The notes beneath the pieces were generated by a model. It saw only the letters and a program-made list of their open reading frames with translations, had not been told where the DNA came from and made no database searches. A DNA stretch of 64,000 nt from NCBI GenBank assembly GCA_000708835.1, contig DF237028.1, positions 1-64,000 on the forward strand, written 5' to 3'. The translations under genes and the position numbers were made by a program. Below, one piece after another: positions 51,694-64,000 of this stretch (its first letter is position 1; every line of letters starts with the position of its first letter). This stretch comes from Klebsormidium nitens (lineage: Eukaryota; Plantae; Klebsormidiophyceae).

Positions 51694-52921
51694 GAAACAC
51701 ATCACTATCGTGTCCAACTTTGGCTGCATGTGCTATTTTAGTACATTTGAAGATCATGCATCTCGTCGATGGACCAGTTTTCGAGGATGCCTAAATCCCG
51801 CGCCCTTGGCCTACTTAGGAGTGGCATATTAAATTCTAGAGGGCACAAATCTCAGAGCGAAGCCTTCGTGAAGCAATATCATACTGAGCTTCCGGCCTGC
51901 AAGAATACGTGATGATTGTCCATGGGAAAAGCAACAAGTCATTCTCTCACTTCCAACGGGAGTGCCGTCGAACTTGTGCGATTACAATAGATACATCAGA
52001 ATCACATTCAAGTGCTCCACTGACATCGTCTGCTCGAATTGAAATTGAACAGTACATCTGTCTATATGCATATGATCGGATGGATTTGTGACAATCAATT
52101 GTGTTAGATCAGAGCGAGCGCCCTTGCCGCATCTGCTCTATGATTACCTGACCAGCGCACATGTTCAAAATCACCTAAGTATATATATTCGTGTTGTTAT
52201 TTTTGTTCAGACAACTGGCATTGTTCCTTCGCGTGGCTACACACTTGTCGTGCATGACCATAGAATGCCATGCAGAGCTATCATAACATGTGCGCTAGCT
52301 GGCCATATCTGGCACATGTACGCAGCTCTGCAAAACCTGTACATGCATTCAATTTAGGAACCCATCAATTAAGCGGACAAATTTGCAAGCCATGGCCGCC
52401 ACTGTATCATTCATTACCACCTCGTGAAAGATATACAGTACATGACGTATGAGTTATATACTTCTTAACCATACGTGAAGAGACCTACTAATGTATGCAT
52501 CATGCAAGTTGGTCCGCGAATTCCACATGTGATACTAATTCAACATTTTAAAACATATTTTTGTGCCTAGCGTCCAGTTGCACAACGTCTTTACTCATCT
52601 TCAGGTTTTCGTGGGTTCAATCGTCACTCTCTGAGAGTTTCAACGATAGGCAGCAAGGAATCAAGTGCATCTGGGAGGTAGAAACATCCCAACCAAATGG
52701 CCGGCCTCATCCTACAACTACAGGAGTCTGCCCATTGAGTCTGTAATGAGCATAAGAGTAGTCAATGTACGTTATGCACTCGTCTTTGCGTTAACCCTTT
52801 TTGCAAGGCCATACTGGCCGCGTTGTCTCTTGCTGAAACGACTCGTACAAAACTTTTGGCTATTGGTGCTATCCACTCCACCGATCAGAATCATCCAAAA
52901 AAGAAATAGGTAGACTAAGGT

Positions 52922-54896
52922 CTACGCCTGGCTGAACTGATTGGTGCGGAACACTTGCACTAGGAGGTAGCTGTTCAGAAGTACGATGACAATTGCCAGT
53001 AGAATGGCCAGGAGTTTGACGACAAGGCCGTTGACAAACTTGCCCATCAATTCTTTCGAACTAGTGAAATGAACCAGGGGCACCACCGCGAAGGAGAGCG
53101 CGAGGGACAGCACGACCTGACTCAGCACCAGGAGCTTGCCCGAGGTTCTCTGCCCCCCCACGCCAGCCACTATGCCCGCGGGTATGATGGCGACCAGGCG
53201 CGTGAGCAGGCGGCGCAGCCACGGCTTCATGCGGATGTTGACGAAGCCCTCCATGACGATCTGCCCCGCGAGCGTGCCCGTGATGGTGGCGTTCTGGCCG
53301 CTGCACAGCAGAGCCACCCCGAACAACACCCGCGCAGCATTCTGTCCGACTGCCGGGGCCAGTAGCGAGTACGCGCTGTGGATGTCGACATCCGGGTAAG
53401 GGTTCACCGTGTAGAAGAAGGCTGCGGCCGCCAGGATCAGGATAGCAGCGTTAACGAAGAACGCCAGGCACAGGGAGATGGTGGAGTCGAGCGTGCCGTA
53501 GAGGACAGCCATGCGCTTGCCCTGTGTTGTGCGGGGGAAGTTGCGGGTCTGGATGATGCTAGAGTGGAGGTAGAGGTTGTGGGGCATGACCGTGGCACCC
53601 AGGATCCCCAGGCCAATGTACAGCTGGTCCGGGTTGGTGATGATGGACGAGTGGGGGTACAGCCCCGTCGCCACCTTGGCCCAGTCGGGGCCAACCGCAG
53701 CGAGCTCATACGCGAAGCAGCCCGCTATGGTGGCCACCAGCAGGAAGATGAGCAGCTCAAAGAGGCGGAAGTTGTGCAGGCCCACGAAAAGGATGAAGAG
53801 CACGTCCACGGACGTGATGAGGACGCCCGCCCACAGCGGAATGCCAAACAGCAGGTTCAGAGCGATGGCGGACCCAATGACCTCGGCCAGGTCGGTGGCA
53901 GCAATGGCCACCTCTGCGATGACCCACAAACCGTAGTTCACCCAGCGGGGGTATGCTTCTCTGCAAGGAGAAGACACCGCTTGTGGTTAGCAGACAATTC
54001 AGAATGAGGACGAAGCAGTGAGACAGAGGAGGACAAGCAGAAAGCAAAAGAGGAGGGGCTTGCTTTTGCACCCAAGCTATCATTTCCGACGCACGACAAA
54101 AGAATGTCCACCTCAACATTGTCCCCGTTTGGTGAAGAGTGCATACCACGTTTTGCTGCCACAATAGCGAGCATGTCACCATCAGGAAACCAGACCACTA
54201 GCTACAGACCAGGGAATGCATTGACCTTGAAGCAGCAAACAGCAGCCAAGTTCTGCAGCAGCCTCACCTACAAGCTTGCGCCAGGTCGCGCTCAGTCACC
54301 GCCCCTAGCTTGAGCGCCAAATGTTGAAGGAACATCGAAAAGATACTTGAGAGTAGGATCACAAAAAGAAGCGTGTATCCAAACTGCGCTCCACCACTTA
54401 AGTCGGTGGCCCAGTTGCCTGCAGGCGCAGAGCAGAGTGCTTGAGAAGCAAGTTTGTGAAGCGCAGGGGTTGCTGGAAACTTCCACATTGCTGACCAGCG
54501 GCATGAAACCAACTTGAGCAGAAACCTGGCTGATAACTTGACAAATGCACATCTCGATTGCAATGTGACCTCGCGCAGTGGCTCTGAATGCTGGCGCGTA
54601 CCTGGGTCCATGTAGCCCACACTGATGACGAACCCCAGGCCTGCAAATGCTTTCAACTTTGCGTGCCAGCTCCCTGTAAGTGGTGGCACCCTCACTGAAG
54701 AGTTTACTTCCTCAAGGGAGGGCGCCCCTTTTACTGTCCGCCAACCATAATGTTCTGTCCGAGCTAACTGCCCTGTTTCTATGAAAACGGCCTCGTGTGT
54801 GGGCTTCTGCTCTTCTGCTGACTGTGGAGGACCCACTGGCGCAAATGCCGCCTCCGCGACAGACGGGCGAGGCGGGGGGGTGACTTCTGGCGTCAT
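52922..54896 (-). CDS. NRAMP: NRAMP/MntH divalent metal (Mn2+/Fe2+) transporter (3 exons)
   Basis: [13 protein letters not shown] (TM1 DPGN), DLAQACR, TDLAEVIGSAIAL, GATVMPHNLYLHS (TM6 MPH), GQNATITGTLAGQIVMEGF and SQVVLS. Confidence 0.97.
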
Positions 54897-55915
54897 GCTA
54901 AACTGCAGGAAGAGAATACAATAATGTAGATGCAACCCAAACAATGAGTACGTTCCCTGCAGCGCCGGGCCCCTTTTCAAGCTGGTTGACACCACATTCA
55001 GTATGACACCAGCTCAGAGAGTGCAGAACTCACATTTGACGCAGATTATCTTACATCTTGCAAGAAGGTCTGCATACCGCTTGCACGAAGGAGGATGGTC
55101 AGCACAATTCCTTCAAGGGTTTTCAAGACATCGTGCAGAACAAGATCCAGGATAAACACTCCAGACCATCCATCTACCTACAGATACAACGAAGGATGAA
55201 CCTGCTGCAAATAGAAATCATAGATGTGATCGAGAGGAGAACTTACGTTTATTGCGTAAGCAACACCCTGATCTGCTGGTGGAAAGTGGTTGAAGGAGCT
55301 TGCAACCGCCGCCCTTGCACGCCTCCAACTGACAGCCCTTCAAGCAGCAAGCACCAAAGAAGGAGCTGAGAATCTTTTAAGAGACCTGGAGAATACAGCT
55401 ATTACTTAGCGGCAGGGGCGACTCAACCGCACAATACAAAACATCGCCTGGCAAGGCGCCTTCTCATGGATTTCGAGCTCTCCTCAAGCAAGATACCGTA
55501 GCCGTGTGTGCACAGACGGTACGTCGTCGGCCATTGATGACTCGTCAACCAAGTTGGTCATCTGGTGCGCGTTCGGGACCCGGGTCGAGTCTCGACCAAT
55601 GCTTTCGTCATCGTAGTTTACCGGGTGACGTTGACATAAAGCATCTTCAAACCCATGGTCGGCTGACAAAGCAAACCGGTCAGTTCTTTGGCCTCTTCGA
55701 CCCAGAAGGGCCGCCCGGATAGTTCATTTGCAGGCCCGGTTGATGTATCCCCCGTATATACTGGTACCTCAGACAGACGTCACCGTGTGATGGCGTCACT
55801 ACCGGATGGTAGGTACCCAACTCTCAACATCGTCGGCGAGTCATCGGGGAAACGTGATTGGCTCCGGGAGTCCCGTTCAACTTCACACATGAGCATTGGG
55901 CGTGACTCTGTACTA

Positions 55916-56187
55916 CCGTACCGCCAAGGGAATTCGCCACCTTTTAAGTTTTGGTGCGAAAAGTTATTTTCGTTCGTTTTGAGGTTTCACCCGACGCGTT
56001 GAGAATTTATTTTACATTCCGCACAAAGGATTTTTTTTGCTTTTTCTGCCTTACAAAACAGGACTTTTCGCCATTTTAAGGTAATTCTCTAGTTTCGCCT
56101 TTTCGCAGTTAGGGTAACATTTACTTTCTAACTTTTCGCACCGACCCCAAAATATTTATTTTCAGGCGATTTCCCTTGGCGGTACGG
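55916..56187. mobile_element. Tc1/mariner-type MITE (272 bp)
   Basis: 23-bp TIR CCGTACCGCCAAGGGAATTCGCC / GGCGATTTCCCTTGGCGGTACGG with 1 mismatch, TA on both flanks, AT-rich non-coding interior. Confidence 0.85.
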
Positions 56188-56995
56188 TACCTACCTACCT
56201 AGCTTTGGATTATGAAAGATTCTCGCAAAGGCTTCTCAATTTCAGAGCCGTCGATACCTAAATGACAATGCTGCATTTGAAAGTACCACGTCAGCTACTT
56301 AATGGGGGCGCTCGTGCCCGTACCCAGCCAGGATCTTTGGTATCAGAATTCGAACGTCAACTCAAAGCGTTCAGGCTTTCAAGTTTCAACCCTAATGATG
56401 CATGATTTGCCTGGCGCTTGCAGCGGAAAGCATGTAGCTGTATGCCATTGACGAAGAGAAGATTATATGCAGGTCGCAATAAATAGAGCATGCAATGATG
56501 CAATTCCGTTACAAAAGTTCCTAAGGCGTCATGCATAGGAATTTTCGTAGATAAATTTTGAGTGGCATGCATATGTAATGAACAAGCTGAGCGGAGGTTC
56601 CTAGTACCTCGGTAAACAAGCCTTGCAAAAGCAACCTGAAGTTTAAACGGTCTCTTGAAAACGATCAAAATCCTTTGAAATCAAGAGCAGAACGTAAAGC
56701 GGATTATTGCATTGAAGTCCAACGTTTGGACAACAATGGGTCGCAACCTGGCATGTGCATTGCATCGAAAACATCACCGCTACAATTAAGTGCTTGCTTA
56801 CCCGCTGTAAAAGAAAACGACACCTTATGAATGGCTATGACAAGTCAGCAAACGCTGATCCTTTTGAAAAGGCAAGGCGAGTGACTCAAGCCAAACGTTC
56901 TTCCCATGGGCCCAACCTTGGCAGCATAATATGAATGTTCAAGACCTCCCCAACCGCTCCCAGTAGATGCGAGAATCAAGCGCCAGCAGTGGCTA

Positions 56996-59900
56996 TCAAA
57001 ACCGCTTTTTCTCGTAGGATACCAGACCGTGTACCCCGCCCTCAACTTGCGCAGCCCCCGTCCGCGTCTGTACCCAAAAATGGGCAACCAATCAAGCTGT
57101 GCAACAACTTTGTTATGCATGGACCGACGCCTCTCTGAAATACTCCTAGAGCAAGCCGTGCAGCACTTTGCTGCAAATCAATCACGACTCCCCTCGTGCC
57201 ACACAAATGATAGGCAAAAAAAAACAGCATCAGTCAAGACGAAGCAGTCTACTGGTCCAGTATGCCAAAGCTTCCACAGTTGCTCCCTTCTCGTGTACAG
57301 ATCAGCGGCTGAATTCAACAGTGCTGACTGCAGATTTCTGTTGAGAAACAAAAGTTTGCAGGGGACGGCTTCACTCAGCGCCTGCTGGGCATTACTTGCT
57401 GAGGTCTAGCTCAGAAGAGACGGCTCGCTTCATGCAACTTTGGCGGCATCGCACTCACCTCGCCCCTAATCTCTCCGTTTCGCAGCATGGCCCACACGCC
57501 GGGAAGATCGCTCGCCCCGAGGTCCTGCACCGTGGACAATGTCAATCAGTCCCGCTGATGTCGTCGAGACTCTAGCGTCCCACAATTTAGTACAGTCCAC
57601 CGAGTTGCACGTCGTATGAACAGAAAATACAACTGCTAAGCAACGCCGCGACAAGAATCTGCCGTTCACATAAGTAGACAGCCAGATCTGACGCTAGCCA
57701 ATTTGGCCGCTCGTGCCTACGTTGATAATATTCTCAGCCACGCAATGTACAGTCGAGCAACATGTCCGTGACCATCTTCCGTGAAACCGATCAAGGCCAG
57801 GACTCCATAGCCCGATGACATGAGGAGGGCGGGGTTCTGTCCGGCCAGTGCGGGCCTGCGCGGCGGCCTCACCTGGAAGCCTTGCTTGACGGCGTGCATG
57901 GTGTAGGGCACCAGGCGCCGCACGGACCCCTTGTCCGCCACATACCCCGCCACGCCCTGCGCAATCTGGACGAGACACGTGGCGCCACTCAGCGCCCATT
58001 CAAAGCAGAAAGTTGCTCGAGCGCCGTTGCAAAAGAGAGCAGTCGAGAGACACTGAGGCCCCTCGGCAGAAGTATTTTGGATGTTGCACCGTCTTTTGCA
58101 GAGCTGGGCGGGTGTCAAGGGGGTACCCTGCAGGCTCTGGCAAACGTGCCTACTGAAACAACTCGACAATGAGGCAGGCACCTGATACTGTCTTTAAAAA
58201 GCAGGTCCCGACTCAGGCGGCACGTGACAGGCAAGCCTACTTTGAGGGATCCATTCGAAGGCGTAGAAGGTAACATCGACCAGACTGCACAGTCCCTGCG
58301 CGCACCGGAGAAGATTCTCGGGGTGTCCCTGGGCCCTCACCTTGAGCTTGGACTGGTCCCCTAGGTAGCGCGTGTCGCTGCCCTTGGCCTGCGCTTCCAA
58401 AGAGCCCATCCCCCGGTACTTCTTCAACCGCTGCCCGTCCTGGTGCGATGACGGAGTACGACAGGTGACGTCAGCTCGCGAATGGCAGGCGTTGCCTCCA
58501 AACTCTCAACATTTTTATTGGACAGAAAAAGCGCTTCCATACCAGCAGAACGCGCACCAGGGTGCTGAAAGGCTTGTGCCAAGGACAAGAGAATCCGCAG
58601 ATCCGCAAGGTAACAGTTGTCAGGACTGACTGCATGCCGAGACCAAAGTACGGGCGGCTTACCTGGAAGAAATAGTCTCCGGGCGCCTCCTCAGTACCCG
58701 CTAAGAAACTACCTACCATCACGGAGGACGCACCTAGGGTGAGAGCCTGCACCGCAACACAGAGAACCCTTATTTGTGAAAAGTTCGTTACGCACATTTC
58801 TGAGTCATCTGCTTCGGAGCGAAAGGAAAGAACCCGTATCTTGATCGAACCGAGCAAACAAGAATATTGCTGGTTAACAAGCACCATTATAAGATGAATT
58901 TGCAGTTGCGCTCTTTTGACGGTGTAGCACAGGGTGTTCTCAGCGGGACATTGTCGCATCAGATGCACAGTGCCTTCTCGCATCGCCCGCTGTCAGTCAT
59001 CGGCAACGCTTTCAAGCCAGAAAGGGACATGCCTTTACAACGTGAACAGCACGACTCGGCTTCCGAAAGAGAAGGGCCTACTTCGAAAACTGGCTTGGCG
59101 AGCGAATAGACGAGGGGAGAAAGATACAGGACCCTAGAGCGCTGGTTTGTGGTTGCCGTCAGGATTTCAGTTCCCCTCTTTTTCGAAGAATGGAGTCCTT
59201 ACCATACATTCGCGGTCCTCAATGACCCCCGAGAATGAAACAGCCGGAGGAAGGCAGCGGGAGGTCCCGCGTGCGCACTCACCTTGACTATGTGGCCCGA
59301 GTTGGAGATGCCGCCGTCCGCGATGATGGGCACGTCGAAAGTGGACGCCAGCTTGGCCGTCTGGTACACCGCCGTCGCCTGCAACCACCCATGGCCCAGC
59401 TCACCGATTGCCTCCACCCAAGCGCGACGTAAACAGGGCGACACAGAACAGCACACGACGTCTTCTCAACGAAGAGGGCGGCAGCACGGCGGCGGATATC
59501 GACTGCCTGCTGATCAGCCCCGTCCGAGTATGGAGACTCCGAGAGATTGGCGATTGGCCCAGAACTTAATACGGACAAGCTGTAGTCGTCCGCACTGGGG
59601 CGGTGGTGCCTAAGGAACGTCCACTCTGCATGAATCTACGACCGTGAAGCTAGACGAGTCCGCCAAAAGGATAAGATGTGATCAGGCTGTGCGTACCTGG
59701 CCCCGCCCGACGGCGCAAACCTCCTGGGTGGTGCAGATGGAGCCCGACCCTGCGTAGGATGGGTGAACACCAGCAATTAGCGGAGGGAAGTATCCTCAGA
59801 GGCCTCACAATCTGAACCGCCTGAGGACCAACTCAGACCCGCAGGTTCCAAGGAAAGGAGGCGCAGCAATCGGGAGTCGCCGCTGGCTACGCAAAAACAA

Positions 59901-62729
59901 AGTAACAGAACATGTCGAGGCATGACGGAACTGGAAAATTGACGGGAAACACGTCGGTTAACGCGCGGCGACGGGCTGGCGCTCACCCATGCCCACCCGT
60001 AGCCCGTCCGCCCCCGCTTCGATCAGATGCCGCGCCTGGCGGCTCGTCACCACATTCCTGGCAGATGGCAAGCAACAATCAGCAAAAGTGAGCAAAAGAG
60101 GCGGCGACCTGAGCAATCGGCAGGTCGAGATGGCAGCCCAACAGCAAGAGCGAAGCACGACAGCAAACAGGAACCTGCAACAGGAGCCACGTGACGAAAC
60201 GAAAACGAAGAGATTCGCTTACCCCGCAATGACATCTAGCTCGGGGTACGCCTTCTTCACGAAGCTGAGCATGTTAAGCGCGTACGTGGAGTCCCCCTGC
60301 GACGAGTCCAGCACCACCACGTTGACGCCCGCCTGCACCAGGTGCTCCAAACGCGCCTTGTCGCCATCGCGTGTCCCTGCAGGCAGCAAGGCAGCTCTCG
60401 GTTTTTGGTCCCGGCACGGGGCTTTGCAAGTACCTAACACCACTGAGATGTTCATGATGACGACGTGATTGTTTACCAGCTAACATACCCGCTTCCGGGA
60501 AACGCATGAGAACTCCGACATGGTGCCCAAGCACAGAGACCCTCGAAGCTCGTGACCCCTTCTAGTCGCTCTCTGTGATCGAAAGATTGCCATCTTTCGA
60601 ACTCGACGAGGTTGCTTTTCGAAACTTCTCACCGAGAGAGGGCCTGCCGGGCTTCCGGCCATCTGGTGGGGGTGATGGGCGGTGTGAGGAGGCAAGACGG
60701 AATTGGATACAAAGATGACGTGAGACGGTGCACTTTTCGGAAGATGAAGTCAAAGAAACCTTGTCAGATTCGGCTACGATGCTCACCGACAGCCGCCCCC
60801 ACTGCCAACTTTCCATCCTTCCCCAGCGTCGGCTCTGCAGACACCGGGTACGCCAGCGACCGCTTCACGTCCGTTCGACAAATGAGCCCCACCAACTCTG
60901 CAAGAACGGACTCGAAACTCGATCGACGTCGCCGGCCCATTAGTCCTGGGCCTTTACGAATTCTGAGTTTGTAGTATAAAATGTGTGACCGCTCGATGAT
61001 ACACCACAGGAATGCAATCACCGGTCTACCAGAGTAGGCCCGGCTTGTCGTTTCTTTGGCCGCCACCAGTCGAAGCTCACCTCCTTGCTCATTTACAATG
61101 GGCAACAAACTTTTCTTGCTCGACTTGAGCACCGCCTCTGCCTCTTGCCGGCTGGATGTGCTGGAGGCCGTCACCACCTCCGTGGTCATCACCTGGCAAC
61201 ACACAAACGCTTTTGATCATCACCAAGATATGTTACAATCATCGGCAGCGAGGAGGACCGTTTGTGACTGAAATCAGTAGAAGAGATAATCCTTGCTTGG
61301 CGGATGGTTCACACCGAGAAGGCTGCGTGCATTCGAAGGCCGCCTCCAGTACGCAGCATCCCTTGAGAAAGCAGCAGCTTTAATCTGACCAATATATTCC
61401 GCACGGGTTGGACTACTCTAGGCCTCCATAACAGGCGAGCATATGTTCCGCCCTGCGGACCTCAAGTTTATATATAGTACAAGCCTTAACTTGAGAAACT
61501 AACAGACAAAAAGGCCGTGGAAAGGTGGGCAGGCAATACATGGCCGCTGTCAACCATATCCTGACTGCTCACGAACCCCCTTTCCTACATGGCAGCACAT
61601 ACTCCGCTTACGCTTGCTCGCAACATCAGTATACCAAGTGTATGTAAAGCAATGGTCTGATTGCTGGAGTCATTTCACAGATGAACAGTGCCCCAGCCCA
61701 ATCACTCACGGGGGGCTTTAGAAAGACCTGGGTGTGCCCCTTACCTCTGCCAGCTCCGTTGTCCTGTCTGCCACAAAGTCCGTGTCCCGGTTGGTCACCA
61801 CTCCGAGCAGCCGGCTACCGAGCTGGCCGTCCTCCGTAACAAGAACACTAGAGAACCCTTTGGAGCTTTTCAGGCTGTCAATATCGGCCACTGTTGACTT
61901 TGGAGACAGCACAGCCGGGTCGGCGACATAACCCAGCCGCATCTGCTTGGCTTTTCTGATGTGGGCCGCCTGCCGGAGGACAAAAGGTCAACTCAATCCC
62001 CATCACATGGGTTAGCTGTGAGAAGCTTCAGACCTAAGAAGTGACACTCTGCGGCGCACTAAAGCGCTTGTCCACAGATGGAAGGGAACTTCCATTCTGG
62101 ATTCGGAAAGGGTTCTCTTGACCATTGGTTGGAGAAACTATGAAAGGTGATGGGCTTCCAACAACCTTCATCGTCGTCGGCACCGGTCTTTAGTCCATCT
62201 GACAAGAAAGAAAACATCGGTTCAAAACAGAGCTAAGATCTGACGGGCTCTTCCACTACGGACTTAGTTTCACGCCGTCTGCACCCCACTGACTAACTAA
62301 GTCAAAACACTGACGTCATCTCCTCCCACCCGTGACCGTTTGGCGGAAGGAAAGTGACCGTAAGAGCGAGTTGGCCGCCTTGAACACGCTTACCTGCTCG
62401 GTGGAAGTATTGTTGTAATGCACAAAGCCGATTGCCCCCACCATTGCCATCGTGCCCGCCATGTTGGCTTCCGTCACCGTGTCCATCGGGCTGGACGCCA
62501 CAGGCACCCTCACACTAATGTTTTTTGAAACTCGCCCCGTCAGATCAACTTCGTCCGTCGAAAAGTCGATGAAACCTGGGTGCAGAATCACGTCATCATA
62601 CGTGAATGAGACCCCCTGCGAGAACAGCCTTGCTGCGGGGTACCCATCAAGTTCGTCATCATTTGGAGCGTCCCCTTGGACCCGTTCATAGACGCGCCCG
62701 TTCATTCCCATGCTTTTGTCTGAGGCCAT
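56996..62729 (-). CDS. IMPDH: Inosine-5'-monophosphate dehydrogenase with CBS pair (multi-exon)
   Basis: [28 protein letters not shown] region, [14 protein letters not shown], catalytic GMG|[32 protein letters not shown]; ends [15 protein letters not shown]. Confidence 0.98.
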
Positions 62730-63609
62730 CTAGTAATGGAACCCCTGACTGCAGAGCCACCCTCCCAAATCTCCAACTGCAACAATGGTCCAGTACTTGT
62801 CGTTGCGCCAAAGGCTGTGGTTTGAGCCGCAGCTAAGAAACAGGCACAACGAATCAGTGATTGAGCTTATATCAGCGTCGAGACTCGAACCCCTGGCTTC
62901 TACAATTGAACTTGAAAGTGCCCCTCAGCAACTTGAACAATGGAAGTACCGTAGCCTTAGGTATGGGCGCTTCAAATCAGTACTAGAGAGAGAAGAATGT
63001 GATCGATCGAAGAGGTGTGTGCAGCTGCTGACTCCTGAGCCTGAAGGCTGAAGTAGTGAGATGTTCAGTTCCAAAATCACGAACCTAGCCGCCCAGGGTG
63101 GTAATGGTACGTTAGATAAAACCATTGCCGATTTTGGCGGAACTAGAACGAGAGTTTCTGTCTGAAGAGAACATCTCGATATGCGCAAACCTGCAGGCGG
63201 GCGGCGGCCGCGCGGCCGGCCGCGCCACTGAGAGCTCAGCCAGCTCAGTCACATAAATTCATAATGCAGTGAGACTCGCGAGTCGCATATGAGCTGCAGG
63301 CCGCGCACTGATCAACAGTTCAGAGAAGCCCTTGCAGGGAAGGTTGAAGTTGCATGATCACGTCCTTATCTGCGATACAAGACGCCCTCAGAGACTTACA
63401 AAGGCCGGAGAACGGAGAGGCAAAAAAGTGGGAGTAGGCAGATAAGGGAAGATAAAGAGGCAGGCTTGCGAGGCTTTGTGAGTGCGAGCTGCAAACAGAG
63501 GTGTAGAAGTGACGGCCACGGCAAGGCCACGGCTTACCACGTACTAAGTTTCTTGTGACTTGAACGTTTCTTGACTAGAAAAGCAGGGCTTTCTTAAGAA
63601 TATTCTAGC

Positions 63610-63959
63610 ATGAAGAGGGCTGGAAGCGACACAAGGGCAATGCGTGAAAGGTCAGCACTGGTGCAGCAAACTGTAATCTCTTCCAGGAGGCTTGCTGTTC
63701 ATCTGTTTGTAACGGAATGCAGAAGTACATTCCTGTCATGTTGAGCAGATTGTTTTTGCAACATACGATGGCGGTGGTGCATGGACTTACATTCCTTCCT
63801 GCCCTCCCCTCTATATTTCCAGCGCCTTCTTTTGTGTGCCTTGCAGAAAGAAGGTCATTTGGGACGAAGACAATCTTGAGAATATTGAGGCCCACAAGCC
63901 GACCAGGCAGAAGATTACGGAGCCAAAGACCCCGTACCATGCTGCGGCTGCCTCAGATG
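63610..63959 (+). CDS. Protein phosphatase 1 inhibitor-2 family protein (first two exons; continues past the window)
   Basis: [14 protein letters not shown]|[31 protein letters not shown] matches the IPP-2 signature (RVxW-like motif, WDE, KIxEPKTPY). Confidence 0.85.
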
Positions 63960-64000
63960 GTATGGGCCACACCAAACATCTTTTCCTGTACATATGTATG

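Noticed and set aside
62785-63051. 88-aa plus-strand ORF and a tRNA T-arm-like GGTTCGAGTC near 62885
   Set aside because: Antisense to the IMPDH 5' region; no cloverleaf can be built and no protein motif is recognised.

Overview
Intron-rich eukaryotic nuclear DNA with GC-rich exons and canonical GT-AG introns; it is not prokaryotic and has no CRISPR array. The protein sequences look land-plant-like (SCY1, LPAT2, NDUFA6, E(z), IMPDH C-terminus), so a streptophyte green alga such as Klebsormidium is inferred but not proven. Recognisable genes in order: tRNA-Arg(UCG), plastid SecY1, LPAT2, BUD22/SRFBP1-like, mTERF, RING-H2 E3 ligase, PRC2 E(z), PheRS beta, complex I NDUFA6, prototype-type NRAMP, IMPDH, and the start of PP1 inhibitor-2. 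Accessory segments lie at 1-3.8 kb, 19.9-28 kb and 55.5-56.3 kb. They hold several small terminal-inverted-repeat (TIR) elements, including two related MITEs 7 bp apart in opposite orientation. They also hold recurring GC hairpin modules and a decayed multi-exon gene I cannot assign. One unassigned, apparently intact gene (28447-31001, minus) encodes a probably organelle-targeted hydrophilic protein built from exon-duplicated repeats, with bZIP-type boxes upstream. All gene models were spliced by eye, so exon boundaries need RNA-seq confirmation. No large autonomous novel system could be firmly supported.
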